NCBI GenBank assembly: GCA_944350015.1
Contig: CALVNW010000001.1
Location: 115,183 to 179,182, forward strand
DNA: 64,000 bases
Direction: 5' to 3'
Origin: an uncultured Clostridia bacterium
Lineage (GTDB): Bacteria > Bacillota > Clostridia > Christensenellales > UBA1242
In this document: piece after piece, positions 37,850 through 46,731 of the stretch
Numbering within the stretch: the first letter of the stretch is position 1
Layout of the letters: the number at the start of each line of letters is the position of its first letter
Translations under genes and position numbers: made by a program
Notes under the pieces: model-generated
Database searches by the model: none
The model's input: the letters and a program-made list of their open reading frames with translations, nothing else
Told to the model about the DNA's origin: nothing

Positions 37850-37879
37850 AATACTTTTTGAAAAATTTCAAAAAGTATT
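37850..37879. promoter_or_regulatory. perfect 14-bp inverted repeat (operator-like) upstream of the element lipoprotein gene
   Basis: AATACTTTTTGAAA-aa-TTTCAAAAAGTATT. Confidence 0.4.
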
Positions 37880-37944
37880 ACCAAGATTCACGTCAAAAAA
37901 CCACCTAATGAATAAATTGGCGTACATACAAAAGGAGAATAAAA

Positions 37945-38732
37945 ATGAAAAAAAGAAAAACGTTGTTGACTATAATGATTTCAGTATTTTTATGCTGTGC
38001 ATTTCTTTTAAGTGGTTGTGGTGGAAGTAAAGACTCAACCGTATCAGTTAGATTTGGTGAATTTGGATATAATGGCAGATATTTAACAGCCTTTGCGACA
38101 CAAAATATCCAACCTGAACAAAGCAAAACAAATTTTGTCTGATAATATGGGTAGCAATGTTATGTCAGTAAGTGCATTATCGGTAGCAAGTGAAGTTAAC
38201 CCAGCCCCAGACCAAACACTAGTTGACTTTGTGCTTGCTAGATATGCAGGATGCCATATCATAACTAAATTCTATGTTGAAGGAAGCGAAGAACAAGTTT
38301 CAAAAACAGATTACTTAATTGGTACTGACTTAAAAAATATGATTGTTGAAAATAAGTTTACACCTTTTTTAACAATTAGTTGCAAAATATGTGGTTTGTT
38401 TTCCAAATTTAATTGATACAATGGAAGAACTTAATAACGAATTTCAAAATTCCAGCGAATCACTAATTGCTCCATTTACTAGTATATTTACATACCATAC
38501 TAACGCAAAAGGCGAATTGGTTATTCAATCAAGAGATTTTGCTGAAATACCTTCAAGCATTGGTGGTGGCATAGGCTCGAGTTATAGACAAGATACTGAA
38601 ATACTATATGACAATCAAAATAAAATTCAGAAGTGGCAAACTTCACTTGGTTTGTATTCTGCTACACCACAAGGAACAATGAAGCAAGGTTATATTTTGG
38701 AAATTGAGTTTATTTGGGAAATGAAAGTATAA
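37945..38732 (+). pseudogene. lipoprotein gene apparently broken by two frameshifts
   Basis: Lipobox LLSGC-GG at the start. Three consecutive overlapping ORFs in frames 1, 2 and 3 (37945-38142, 38093-38416, 38391-38732) without their own RBSs. Confidence 0.4.
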
Positions 38733-38746
38733 GGAGTAAATATATA

Positions 38747-39013
38747 TATGATAACTTTTTCGTATGTATTAATTGCTTTCATTGGACTGGGTTTTATTTT
38801 CAATATTACATTGGAATATTGACATCATTGCTTGGAATAATTTATCTATGTTTGTATATTTTTAAAGCAATGGTAGTTATTGAATTAGCGTGGGCTTGGT
38901 TTGCTGTTGTCTCCCTATCAGTTTTAATCAATCTATTTTTAGGTGGTAAGGGGTTGGCTTTGATATGTGCAACTATACCAGAGATTGTATATTTATGTAT
39001 AACACTATTTTAA
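38747..39013 (+). pseudogene. small membrane protein gene, probably frameshifted
   Basis: The ATG at 38747 follows AAGGAG but stops after 24 codons. The hydrophobic ORF continues in another frame to 39013. Confidence 0.3.
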
Positions 39014-39034
39014 TTATTAAAAAGAGGGCAATAT

Positions 39035-39289
39035 GTGTATTTTAAGAAAAAAATACAAACTACAAGAAAATATAAAAAAGAATTTTTGCTTGAAATCGCA
39101 AAGATTGCTTGTGAAGAGAATATGTATATCTCAAGCATTCAAAGAAAACTAAGTGTCGGATACGCTGTAGCAAGTCAGCATTTGGAGTGGCTTGCAAGCA
39201 ATAAATTCGCAAGTTTGGATGCCGAAGGGAAAACCTATTCAATGAATAAAAAACAATACATTAAACTTACAAAAGCAAAATTTCAATAA
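39035..39289 (+). CDS. small winged-helix protein resembling the FtsK gamma domain
   Basis: ISSIQRKLSVGYAVASQHLEWLASNKF resembles the FtsK-gamma S.LQRRL.IGYNRAAR motif. Confidence 0.5.
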   Translation: MYFKKKIQTTRKYKKEFLLEIAKIACEENMYISSIQRKLSVGYAVASQHLEWLASNKFASLDAEGKTYSMNKKQYIKLTKAKFQ

Positions 39290-39359
39290 GGAGCAAAGGA
39301 TGTCAAACAACGAAAAAATGAAAGAACTATATACTAAACTATCTACTTAATACTCAGAT

Positions 39360-40008
39360 ATGTCGTTTGAGTTAAAAGATAATCAAGTGTTGAGTAAATA
39401 TAAGAATGGAGTTTTTGTATTAAAAAATGTTTCTGATAGCAAATACTATGGCGTAACCGTTCAATACAATATCTATTACAAACACAATATTGACGAAAAC
39501 GAAGTATTAAAATGCTTAAACGAAATAAACTCAGAACACAACCTAGTGGCAACTCTAACTCAATTCTCAAGTTACTGGTGAGAATTATCACGGAATTGTT
39601 TATGGACGTGCTCAAATCAAGGAGGAAGGAACGATTGTTTCAATTTCAAACACTATCCTCAGAGATATTATGATTCGCAACGGTTTCCCTCAGTACAGGA
39701 ATTATTTTCCAGATTGGGAGAAACGAGGTTTTGCAAGAATTATCAGCACCAACTCTGCGAATTTAGGCAGGCACGTCGACTTTTATTTCAGGGACAACGT
39801 TGGGTATGGTCAAAGTGATTTCCCTGAGAATGCAAAGCCAGTCAAGAGTGATGCAGAAATCATTAAGGAGTTGAGACAGCAAGTTCAGTCTCAACACAGC
39901 ACTATTCTATCTCAGGAGCTCAAAATTGACGAGCAAAGCAAGAAGATTGACGAGTTTGAGAAGGTAGAAGTAGATAAGGCGATTAACGAAATGTTTGACA
40001 AAAATTAG
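39360..40008 (+). other. two adjacent ORFs (39360-39581, 39670-40008) that may be one frameshifted gene, function unknown
   Basis: The frame upstream of 39670 is open (GENYHGIVYGRAQIKEEG...) and abuts the end of the first ORF. Confidence 0.3.
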
Positions 40009-40049
40009 TTAATGTTAAACGTATTTTATATTTATGGTGTTGGAAGTAA

Positions 40050-40301
40050 GTGTTGTTCCAGCATCTGCAAACGATGGGCGATTTATTTCGCCCTTTGTTT
40101 ATGGCGAAGTTTAGAACTATTGCAAAAGCACTTGAAGAAGTGAAGAAGATTGACCCTGACACGTGTTTGTCAGATTATGTATTGAGACGACTTGCGTCTG
40201 AGGAAAAGATTTCTCAGATTCAGTCAGGTAACAAAACACTTGTTGAAGTTGAGTCACTACTCGACTTTTTGAACGGAGAAGAAAACCAAGAAAGAAGTTA
40301 G
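40050..40301 (+). CDS. excisionase-like small DNA-binding protein
   Basis: Lies directly upstream of the integrase remnant. The ...VLRRLASEEKI...GNKTLV...LLDFL pattern resembles Tn916-type Xis. The start codon is uncertain. Confidence 0.4.
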   Translation: MLFQHLQTMGDLFRPLFMAKFRTIAKALEEVKKIDPDTCLSDYVLRRLASEEKISQIQSGNKTLVEVESLLDFLNGEENQERS

Positions 40302-40695
40302 CGTTTTAGATGATACCGATGCAAAAGCACTCAAAAAGGCACTCGACGAGGAGCCAAACATTCGCTGGAAAGTTGCAATTTACAAGGAAATATTGATTGA
40401 CGACTGGAAGCATACTGACCGATTATTGATTTCGGATGACGGACACGTGCTACGACCATCTTGCTACAAAAAATGGCTCAGCAAGATTTTGCAAAGAGCA
40501 AACTTGAAATCCGTGACGCTTCATTCTCTCAGACATACCAATATCACTATGCAACTGACTTTAGGTGTTGACCTTAGGACTGTTGTAGCACGTGCAGGAC
40601 ATTCACGTACTAGTACGACCACCGACATTTACTCTCACTTCATCAAGAGCAGTGACCAACACGCAAGCAAAGTGATTGACTCGCTATTTGAGTAA
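40273..40695 (+). pseudogene. tyrosine integrase remnant (internal deletion; C-terminal catalytic part retained)
   Basis: Reads ...LDDTDAKALKKALDEEPNIRWKVAIY and then jumps directly to ...HSLRHTNITMQLTLGVDLRTVVARAGHSRTSTTTDIYSH. The ARM-type N-terminus and first catalytic Arg region are missing. Confidence 0.7.
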
Positions 40696-40708
40696 TTATC
40701 AGGCACAC

Positions 40709-40743
40709 AAAAAAAATCCCCTTGAAGCATTTTTCAAGGGGAT
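40709..40743 (-). terminator. intrinsic terminator of tRNA-Arg
   Basis: The minus strand reads ATCCCCTTGAA-AAATGC-TTCAAGGGGAT followed by TTTTTTTT. Confidence 0.75.
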
Positions 40744-40747
40744 TATA

Positions 40748-40822
40748 TGGTGCACCTGCCAGAATTCGAATCTGGAATGACGGTTCCGTAGACCGTTGTG
40801 ATATCCATTTCACCACAGGTGC
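40748..40822 (-). tRNA. tRNA-Arg (anticodon ACG), CCA encoded
   Basis: Hand-folded cloverleaf: GCACCTG/CAGGTGC acceptor, GTGA/TCAC D stem with GG and A20, ACGGT/ACCGT anticodon stem, loop CTACGGA, CCAGA-TTCGAAT-TCTGG T arm, discriminator A. Confidence 0.85.
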
Positions 40823-40982
40823 ATATCGTGACTTTTGAATGAGATTTCGAACTCAATTTTTAGCATTTTTAACAACTTCGGTGCAAATTGGGTGCAAATT
40901 TGCATTTCTTATTACCCATTATACACCGAATTGCTTTATTTTTCAAGGGTTTTTGGCTATGAATTTTTGCCAGAGCAAAAGT

Positions 40983-41012
40983 TCCGTAGACGAACGCTCT
41001 ATCCAGTTGAGC
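40983..41012 (-). pseudogene. 5' internal portion of a canonical tRNA-Arg(ACG): D arm, 5' anticodon stem and loop
   Basis: The minus strand reads GCTCAACTGGATAGAGC-G-TTCGT-CTACGGA. TTCGT complements the ACGAA of the 3' halves at 28416 and 35645. No acceptor strand is present. Confidence 0.7.
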
Positions 41013-41178
41013 AATTACTACTTTTGCTTTAACTAGCATAATTTTTGTTTTCTAACCCTATTGACCTCTATATTATATCATATTATTTTTAATTTTGCAA
41101 TAATTTTTAATAGATTAATTTTTTTGTTTTAATTTTGTTTATTAAAAGATAGATGCTATAATAAAAAAGGAGCAAATT

Positions 41179-41772
41179 ATGTTAGATTATGAAGGCAGGT
41201 ATAGCGGAAAAGTAATTGCAGGGATTGACGAGGCGGGGAGAGGTCCGCTTGCTGGTCCTGTTGTTTGTGCTTGCGTAATAATGTCGCTTAAGAGCGAAGA
41301 TATTATCGACGGGATAAATGACAGCAAAAAGCTAAGCGAGAAAAGGCGTGAGGAGCTGTATGACAGAATAATAGAGAAGGCGCTTTCCTATTCAATCACT
41401 GTTGTCGACCAGAAGACTATAGACCAAATAAATATCTTAAATGCCACCAAACTTGGAATGAAAAGGGCGCTTGAGAGCTTAGAGATAACGCCAGATATTG
41501 TGCTTATTGATGCTGTCAAGATTGACACAGCTCTGCCACAAGAGAATATTATCAAAGGTGATGAGAAAAGCTATAACATAGCAAGCGCCTCCATACTTGC
41601 CAAGGTTTATAGAGATAGGCTTATGAAAGATTTATCTTTAAAGTATCCGCAATATAATTTTGCAAAGCATAAGGGTTATGGCACAAAGGAGCATATAGAA
41701 AAACTGAAACTTTATGGCAAATGTGAACTGCACCGAGAAAGTTTTATTAAAAATTTTATAAATAAAAACTAA
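41179..41772 (+). CDS. rnhB: ribonuclease HII
   Basis: AGIDEAGRGPLAGPVV and DSKKLS motifs. AAGGAG RBS. Confidence 0.9.
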   Translation: MLDYEGRYSGKVIAGIDEAGRGPLAGPVVCACVIMSLKSEDIIDGINDSKKLSEKRREELYDRIIEKALSYSITVVDQKTIDQINILNATKLGMKRALESLEITPDIVLIDAVKIDTALPQENIIKGDEKSYNIASASILAKVYRDRLMKDLSLKYPQYNFAKHKGYGTKEHIEKLKLYGKCELHRESFIKNFINKN

Positions 41773-41844
41773 AAAAAGTAAAGTTTGTATTGAAAAAAAT
41801 ATTTTTTTTGATACAATATATATATAAACAAAAGGATAAAATAA

Positions 41845-44800
41845 ATGAAATCAATTTATAAATATTATAAAGAAAGATTAATAGAAATAAGCGGTAAAAA
41901 TCGAAGTTTATATTCAAAAAACATCAGCAAGAAATATGCCTACGATATTGGCGCTGTGATTGGCGATGATAAAAAAGAATTTGATGAGTTTTTCACTTTT
42001 TTGTGGAAAGGCAAACGCAGTGGCTACACGCTTATAAAGAAAGAGGCAAAAGATAGGCTCAGCAAAAACTTTAATCTTGAAAATAAGATTAAGGCATCTT
42101 TTATTGACACTAAAAATATGTCAACAGAAGAAAAACGAAGCGAAAATTTGAGAAGGGAACGCGTCAAAAAGGAGGAGACAAAGAAACTACTTCTATCTCA
42201 AGTAAGCCAGCTTAAATCGCTAAAAAGAGAGATAGAGGAGTTTGCCAAAGAAACAGGCCGTTATGAGATGTTTATTGGCTATCCATTTGTTACAGGTTAT
42301 ATTAATAAAGATATGCAGATAAAGGGACCTCTAATTCTTTTCCCAGTTACCATAAATATAGAGGATGACCAAACAGTGAGCATTGAGGCAAAGCAAGATG
42401 AACTTATACAATTTAACAAGGTGCTTGTGCTTGCCTATGCTAAGGAGCATAAACTCAATTACGACGGGCTTATTATGGAGTTTGACAACCTCATAGATTA
42501 TAAACTTAAAAGCATAGAGGACGTTGTCGACTATCTTTCAGCCTACGGTTTTAAATTGGAGTGGCAGGGCGATAAGAAAGGGCTTATCAAATTTGACCAA
42601 ATTGCCGAGCCGTCTTTTAAGGATGATGCTCTTAAAGTGGTCAATGCTTGTGTTATTGGAAGATTTCCTCTTGCAAATGCGATATATAACGATTATTCAT
42701 TGCTTGAGAAAAAGCGCCTGTCAAGCGAGGCGATAGACCAGCTTTTAGAGGGTAAAAGTGGCAAGAAAATCAAAAAAGTTGACGAGAGCGTATACACAAT
42801 AAACGATCTTGACTATGCTCAAGAGAGTGCAATCACGGCGCTTAATGGGTCTGGCAACCTTGTCATCTACGGACCGCCTGGAACAGGTAAGTCACAAACC
42901 ATTGTCAACATCATATCCGATGCACTATGCAAAGACAAAAAGGTGCTTGTGGTATCGCAAAAGAAGGCGGCGCTTGACGTTGTATTTAACAGACTTAAAA
43001 ACCTTAACTCAAAATGTATGTTCATAACCGACGCCGAGAAAAATAAGGTTGAATTTTATGAAAGATGCAACAAAATGCACCAAGCGCTAGTCAATGGTTA
43101 CAAGCCAAGCGAAGAAAAATATGAAGAGTTTAAGCAGGTGGAGGAGAGTATAGACAGAGAGACTAGTGACCTTCAAATAATTTCAGACACCCTCTTTACT
43201 AAAACATCGTTCGGGCTGACTTTACAAGAGATGTACGCAAACTCAGCGCGTATTGGAAAGACTAGCAATGACTATGTTGTCTACAAACAGATGCTTAAAA
43301 ATCGCGAGCTTATGAAGATGGACTACAAGCGTCTTTACCAAACTCTTCGTGTCATAAAGGAGAAAAATAAGAGCAACCTTTATTACCGCTATATAGAGCT
43401 TAAGAAAAATAATCCGCTCATTGACCATATAAGAGCAGACGTAGACATTCACGTCATCAATCAGATGAAAACCTACTTAAATGGACTTATACAGAAAACA
43501 ATCATACCTTTTGACACGGCAAAACATCCGCACGCAAGACAACTTATGGTCTATATGCTTGAAAATGATATAGAGGACAACAAGAAGATTAAACCTCTTG
43601 TCAAGATGATTTCAAAGATAGACTATCCAAAACTCCACACCGCGCTCAACTGGTCAAAAGTGTTTTTCCCAGCCTATCCATTTGTAAAACACAAACTAAA
43701 CGGCGTTGAAAAAGAGATTTCAGAGCAGTTCGAAAGCACACTTGCCGACATACAAAGCTATATTAGTAATTATAGCTTGCTTGAAAAGGTGCTTGACCGT
43801 AAAGGTTACCTCATGACAATTGACAATATCGTCAATGGCAACACCATCTTTTTGAAGCTATTGCTAAGCGCCCTAGAAGATTACGTTGAGATACGTGACG
43901 TCAACGTTTCGCTCAGCGGGTTGACCGATGATGAAAAGACGATATTAAATTTTGCCTATGCAAACTCTAAAAACTTGAGGCAATTCCAAGATGTCATATC
44001 AAAACTACTTGAGATAAGAATTTATCACGAGGCTGTTACACAAGAAGAGCTTAACAAGGACAAACTTTCAAAGATTATTGACTTTGAGAATATCAGAAAT
44101 AGGATAGTTTCATTAAAGAACGACGAAAAGCAGATTGCAAACGAGATTTGTATAGAAAAGTTTAAGCAGGAGTATATTGACCATTATAATAACGACCCTG
44201 ACAACAAAAACTATCTCTATCAAATCACAAAACAGCAAGCGCTAATGCCTATAAGGAAGATGATGGACCTTTATAGCGACTATCTATTAAAACTCTTCCC
44301 TTGCTGGCTACTTTCACCAGAAAGCGTGTCAACAATATTCCCATTAAAGCGAAATATGTTTGATATCATTCTGTTTGACGAGGCAAGTCAGGTGTTTATT
44401 GAAAACACCTTGCCAACAATCTATAGAGGCAAATATATCGTTGTTGCCGGAGACTCAAAACAGCTTAGACCAACCCAGACCTTTATGAAGAGGTATCTAG
44501 GCAATGATGATGAGGACCTTGACCTTGCAACGCAGGCGGCACTTGAGGTTGAAAGTTTGCTTGACCTTGCAACTTCGCGTTACACCAGCGCAAATCTTAC
44601 CTACCATTATAGAAGCAAAAATGAAGAGCTTATAGACTTTTCAAACTACGCCTTCTATGATGGTAAACTTCAAATTGCGCCAAACATCTCAAAGAATGTT
44701 GGCAGTAAGCCTATTGAAAGAATAAAGGTCAACGGCACTTGGATAGGGAGACGCAATCAAGAAGAGGCAAACGCCATTGTAACGCTACTTAAAAAGCTTA

Positions 44801-45660
44801 TCAAAAATAAAAGAAATAAAAGCTCAATCGGTATAATTACTTTTAATACCGAGCAGGAGAACGCCATTGAGGACGCTATTGATAAGGAGTGCCAAAAGGA
44901 TACCGCCTTCCGTGACGCCTATATTAGAGAGCAAAATAGGAAGGATAACGGCGAGGACACCTCAATCTTCATCAAGAACCTTGAAAATGTCCAAGGTGAT
45001 GAGCGCGATATAATTATCTTCAGCATAGGTTACGCTAGGAACGAATATGGCAAGGTTGTTGCTCATTTTGGTACACTTTCTGTTGAAGGTGGCGAAAATA
45101 GACTTAACGTTGCCATCACACGTGCCAAAGAAAAGATTTATGTGGTGACAAGTATTGAGCCTGAGGAGCTTGCCGTTGAAGGCACTAAAAACGCCGGTCC
45201 AAAGATATTCAAAAGCTATCTCAAATATGTTAGGGCTATATCAAATAAAAAATACAAAGAGGCACAATTTGTGCTTGACAGTTTCAAACCAGCTCTTCCT
45301 GAAACAAACGACATAATTGTCGAGAACAAGCTTGAAAAGTATATCAAGGATGAACTTACTAAACTTGGCTATAGCGTAGAGACAAATCTTGGCAATACCG
45401 ATTATAAACTTTCACTTGCCGTGTATGATAAAACTCTTGACCGCTATCTACTAGGCATAGAGTGCGACTATTCTGCCTACAGAAGTAGCGACTCAATACT
45501 TGAGCGTGATGTTTATAGAAATAAATTTTTAAGCTCACGTGGCTGGAAGATTATGAGGGTTTGGAGCCGTGACTGGTGGCTAAACAAGAATAGGGTTATA
45601 TCAAACATCGTCAAAGCTATCAACGCCTCTAAGAAAGAACTTCAAGAAAAAGCAGATTAA
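41845..45660 (+). CDS. SF1 (Upf1-like) helicase with DUF4011-like N-terminus and C-terminal DUF559/Vsr-like endonuclease-fold domain
   Basis: GPPGTGKSQT (Walker A), FDEASQV (Walker B), YHYRS, VQGDERD, NVAITRAK. The C-terminus has GIECD...RD...GWKIMRVWSRDWW. Confidence 0.75.
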   Translation: MKSIYKYYKERLIEISGKNRSLYSKNISKKYAYDIGAVIGDDKKEFDEFFTFLWKGKRSGYTLIKKEAKDRLSKNFNLENKIKASFIDTKNMSTEEKRSENLRRERVKKEETKKLLLSQVSQLKSLKREIEEFAKETGRYEMFIGYPFVTGYINKDMQIKGPLILFPVTINIEDDQTVSIEAKQDELIQFNKVLVLAYAKEHKLNYDGLIMEFDNLIDYKLKSIEDVVDYLSAYGFKLEWQGDKKGLIKFDQIAEPSFKDDALKVVNACVIGRFPLANAIYNDYSLLEKKRLSSEAIDQLLEGKSGKKIKKVDESVYTINDLDYAQESAITALNGSGNLVIYGPPGTGKSQTIVNIISDALCKDKKVLVVSQKKAALDVVFNRLKNLNSKCMFITDAEKNKVEFYERCNKMHQALVNGYKPSEEKYEEFKQVEESIDRETSDLQIISDTLFTKTSFGLTLQEMYANSARIGKTSNDYVVYKQMLKNRELMKMDYKRLYQTLRVIKEKNKSNLYYRYIELKKNNPLIDHIRADVDIHVINQMKTYLNGLIQKTIIPFDTAKHPHARQLMVYMLENDIEDNKKIKPLVKMISKIDYPKLHTALNWSKVFFPAYPFVKHKLNGVEKEISEQFESTLADIQSYISNYSLLEKVLDRKGYLMTIDNIVNGNTIFLKLLLSALEDYVEIRDVNVSLSGLTDDEKTILNFAYANSKNLRQFQDVISKLLEIRIYHEAVTQEELNKDKLSKIIDFENIRNRIVSLKNDEKQIANEICIEKFKQEYIDHYNNDPDNKNYLYQITKQQALMPIRKMMDLYSDYLLKLFPCWLLSPESVSTIFPLKRNMFDIILFDEASQVFIENTLPTIYRGKYIVVAGDSKQLRPTQTFMKRYLGNDDEDLDLATQAALEVESLLDLATSRYTSANLTYHYRSKNEELIDFSNYAFYDGKLQIAPNISKNVGSKPIERIKVNGTWIGRRNQEEANAIVTLLKKLIKNKRNKSSIGIITFNTEQENAIEDAIDKECQKDTAFRDAYIREQNRKDNGEDTSIFIKNLENVQGDERDIIIFSIGYARNEYGKVVAHFGTLSVEGGENRLNVAITRAKEKIYVVTSIEPEELAVEGTKNAGPKIFKSYLKYVRAISNKKYKEAQFVLDSFKPALPETNDIIVENKLEKYIKDELTKLGYSVETNLGNTDYKLSLAVYDKTLDRYLLGIECDYSAYRSSDSILERDVYRNKFLSSRGWKIMRVWSRDWWLNKNRVISNIVKAINASKKELQEKAD

Positions 45661-45670
45661 ATAGAAAATT

Positions 45671-45713
45671 TACTCTAAATTTGGAAAAATTTTTAAATTT
45701 AGAGTATTTTTTT
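45671..45713 (+). terminator. intrinsic terminator of the helicase gene
   Basis: TACTCTAAATTT...AAATTTAGAGTA 12-bp stem followed by TTTTTTT. Confidence 0.7.
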
Positions 45714-45933
45714 ATTTTTTCTAACTATTTTAATATTTTTTTACGGTTAAAGATTTTTTAAATTCTGGAAATTTGTTATGCCTTAAAATTCGGACGGGGT
45801 TCGCGTGATATGTTTGCTTACCACATATCAATCTATTTCAACAGTTTTTGCATACATTATTTATTCTTTCTCACATTTTCACGTATGTTTTTTATAATGA
45901 TATTAAGGGGTTAAACGTATTACGGAGGATAAT

Positions 45934-46731
45934 GTGAGCAGGCTTGCTATAACCGCTATCGGAATAATTTTTATTTTTTTAATGACAACTATCGGCTCGG
46001 CGGTTGTGTTTTGTTTCAAAAAGGGTACGAGCAGTAAAATTAACAGTCTTTTTCTGGGTTTTGCCTCTGGGCTTATGATAGCGGCGTCTGTTTGGTCGCT
46101 GATAATTCCCTCTATTGAGCAGTCAGAAAACCTTGGCAAATTTAGTTTCATTCCTGCCTCTTGTGGAATAATTTTAGGTTGTCTATTTTTGGTGCTTATG
46201 GATAAGGTTGTCCCTTACTTTTTAAATAGAAAGAGTAAAAATGATGAGAATTTGCCCAAAAAGAGAGGGCTTAGCAAATCCAGCAAATTATTTCTAGCGG
46301 TAACGCTCCATAATATTCCAGAAGGGCTTGCAGTAGGGCTAGCGTTTGGCAATGCCTTCATCGCAAGTGAAATGTCGGCGTTCTATTCGGCACTCTGGCT
46401 TGCAATAGGCATAGGACTGCAGAACTTGCCAGAAGGCACGGCAATATCTCTTCCGATGAAAGAGCAATTACATTCAAGTAAAAAAGCCTTTTTATTTGGA
46501 TTTTTAAGCGGAGTAGTTGAGCCTATAATGGCGCTAATCGGCATATGGCTTTCAACCTCACTTGCCCACTTAATGCCTTGGTTTTTGGCGTTTTCTGCAG
46601 GTGCAATGTTATTTGTAGTTGCCGAGGAGCTTTTGCCAGAGGCAAAAAATGGCTATCCAAGCAATATCGGTTCGTGGGGATTTATAGTAGGTTTTGTTGT
46701 AATGATGATTTTAGATGTCGCGCTAGGTTAG
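45934..46731 (+). CDS. zupT: ZIP-family metal (zinc) transporter
   Basis: Multi-TM protein with HNIPEGLAVG and LQNLPEGTAIS motifs. GTG start after GGAGG. Confidence 0.75.
   Translation: MSRLAITAIGIIFIFLMTTIGSAVVFCFKKGTSSKINSLFLGFASGLMIAASVWSLIIPSIEQSENLGKFSFIPASCGIILGCLFLVLMDKVVPYFLNRKSKNDENLPKKRGLSKSSKLFLAVTLHNIPEGLAVGLAFGNAFIASEMSAFYSALWLAIGIGLQNLPEGTAISLPMKEQLHSSKKAFLFGFLSGVVEPIMALIGIWLSTSLAHLMPWFLAFSAGAMLFVVAEELLPEAKNGYPSNIGSWGFIVGFVVMMILDVALG

Larger units (their letters stand above)
35699..40747. mobile_element. decaying integrative (phage/ICE-like) element or elements
   Basis: Contains an intact tyrosine integrase, an xis-like ORF plus an integrase remnant beside the tRNA, an FtsK-gamma-like wHTH, and several frameshifted ORFs. 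Confidence 0.6.

Noticed and set aside
35645-41027. Split tRNA genes joined by trans-splicing, as in Nanoarchaeum tRNA halves
   Set aside because: The tail after the 5' piece (ACTTTTGCTCTGG) and the leader before the 3' piece (CCCAGAAAGCATA) can form only about 4+5 bp with a bulge. The 5' piece lacks an acceptor strand. No bacterial splicing machinery for this is known. Integrase scars explain the pattern more simply.
42524-43027. Alternative-frame ORFs inside the helicase gene (42524-42736 and 42809-43027) and many 60-150-aa antisense ORFs inside other long genes
   Set aside because: They are nested in or antisense to strongly supported long CDSs and lack start signals and motifs. This is typical six-frame noise. 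The same applies to ORFs at 905-1102, 17573-17887, 48822-49277, 60532-60951, 61592-61975 and similar.
45714-45933. Metal-sensing riboswitch or Zur/Fur box upstream of the ZIP transporter gene
   Set aside because: I could not match the yybP-ykoY or NiCo riboswitch cores or a Zur/Fur palindrome. Only a short hairpin (TGATATGT...ACATATCA) is present.
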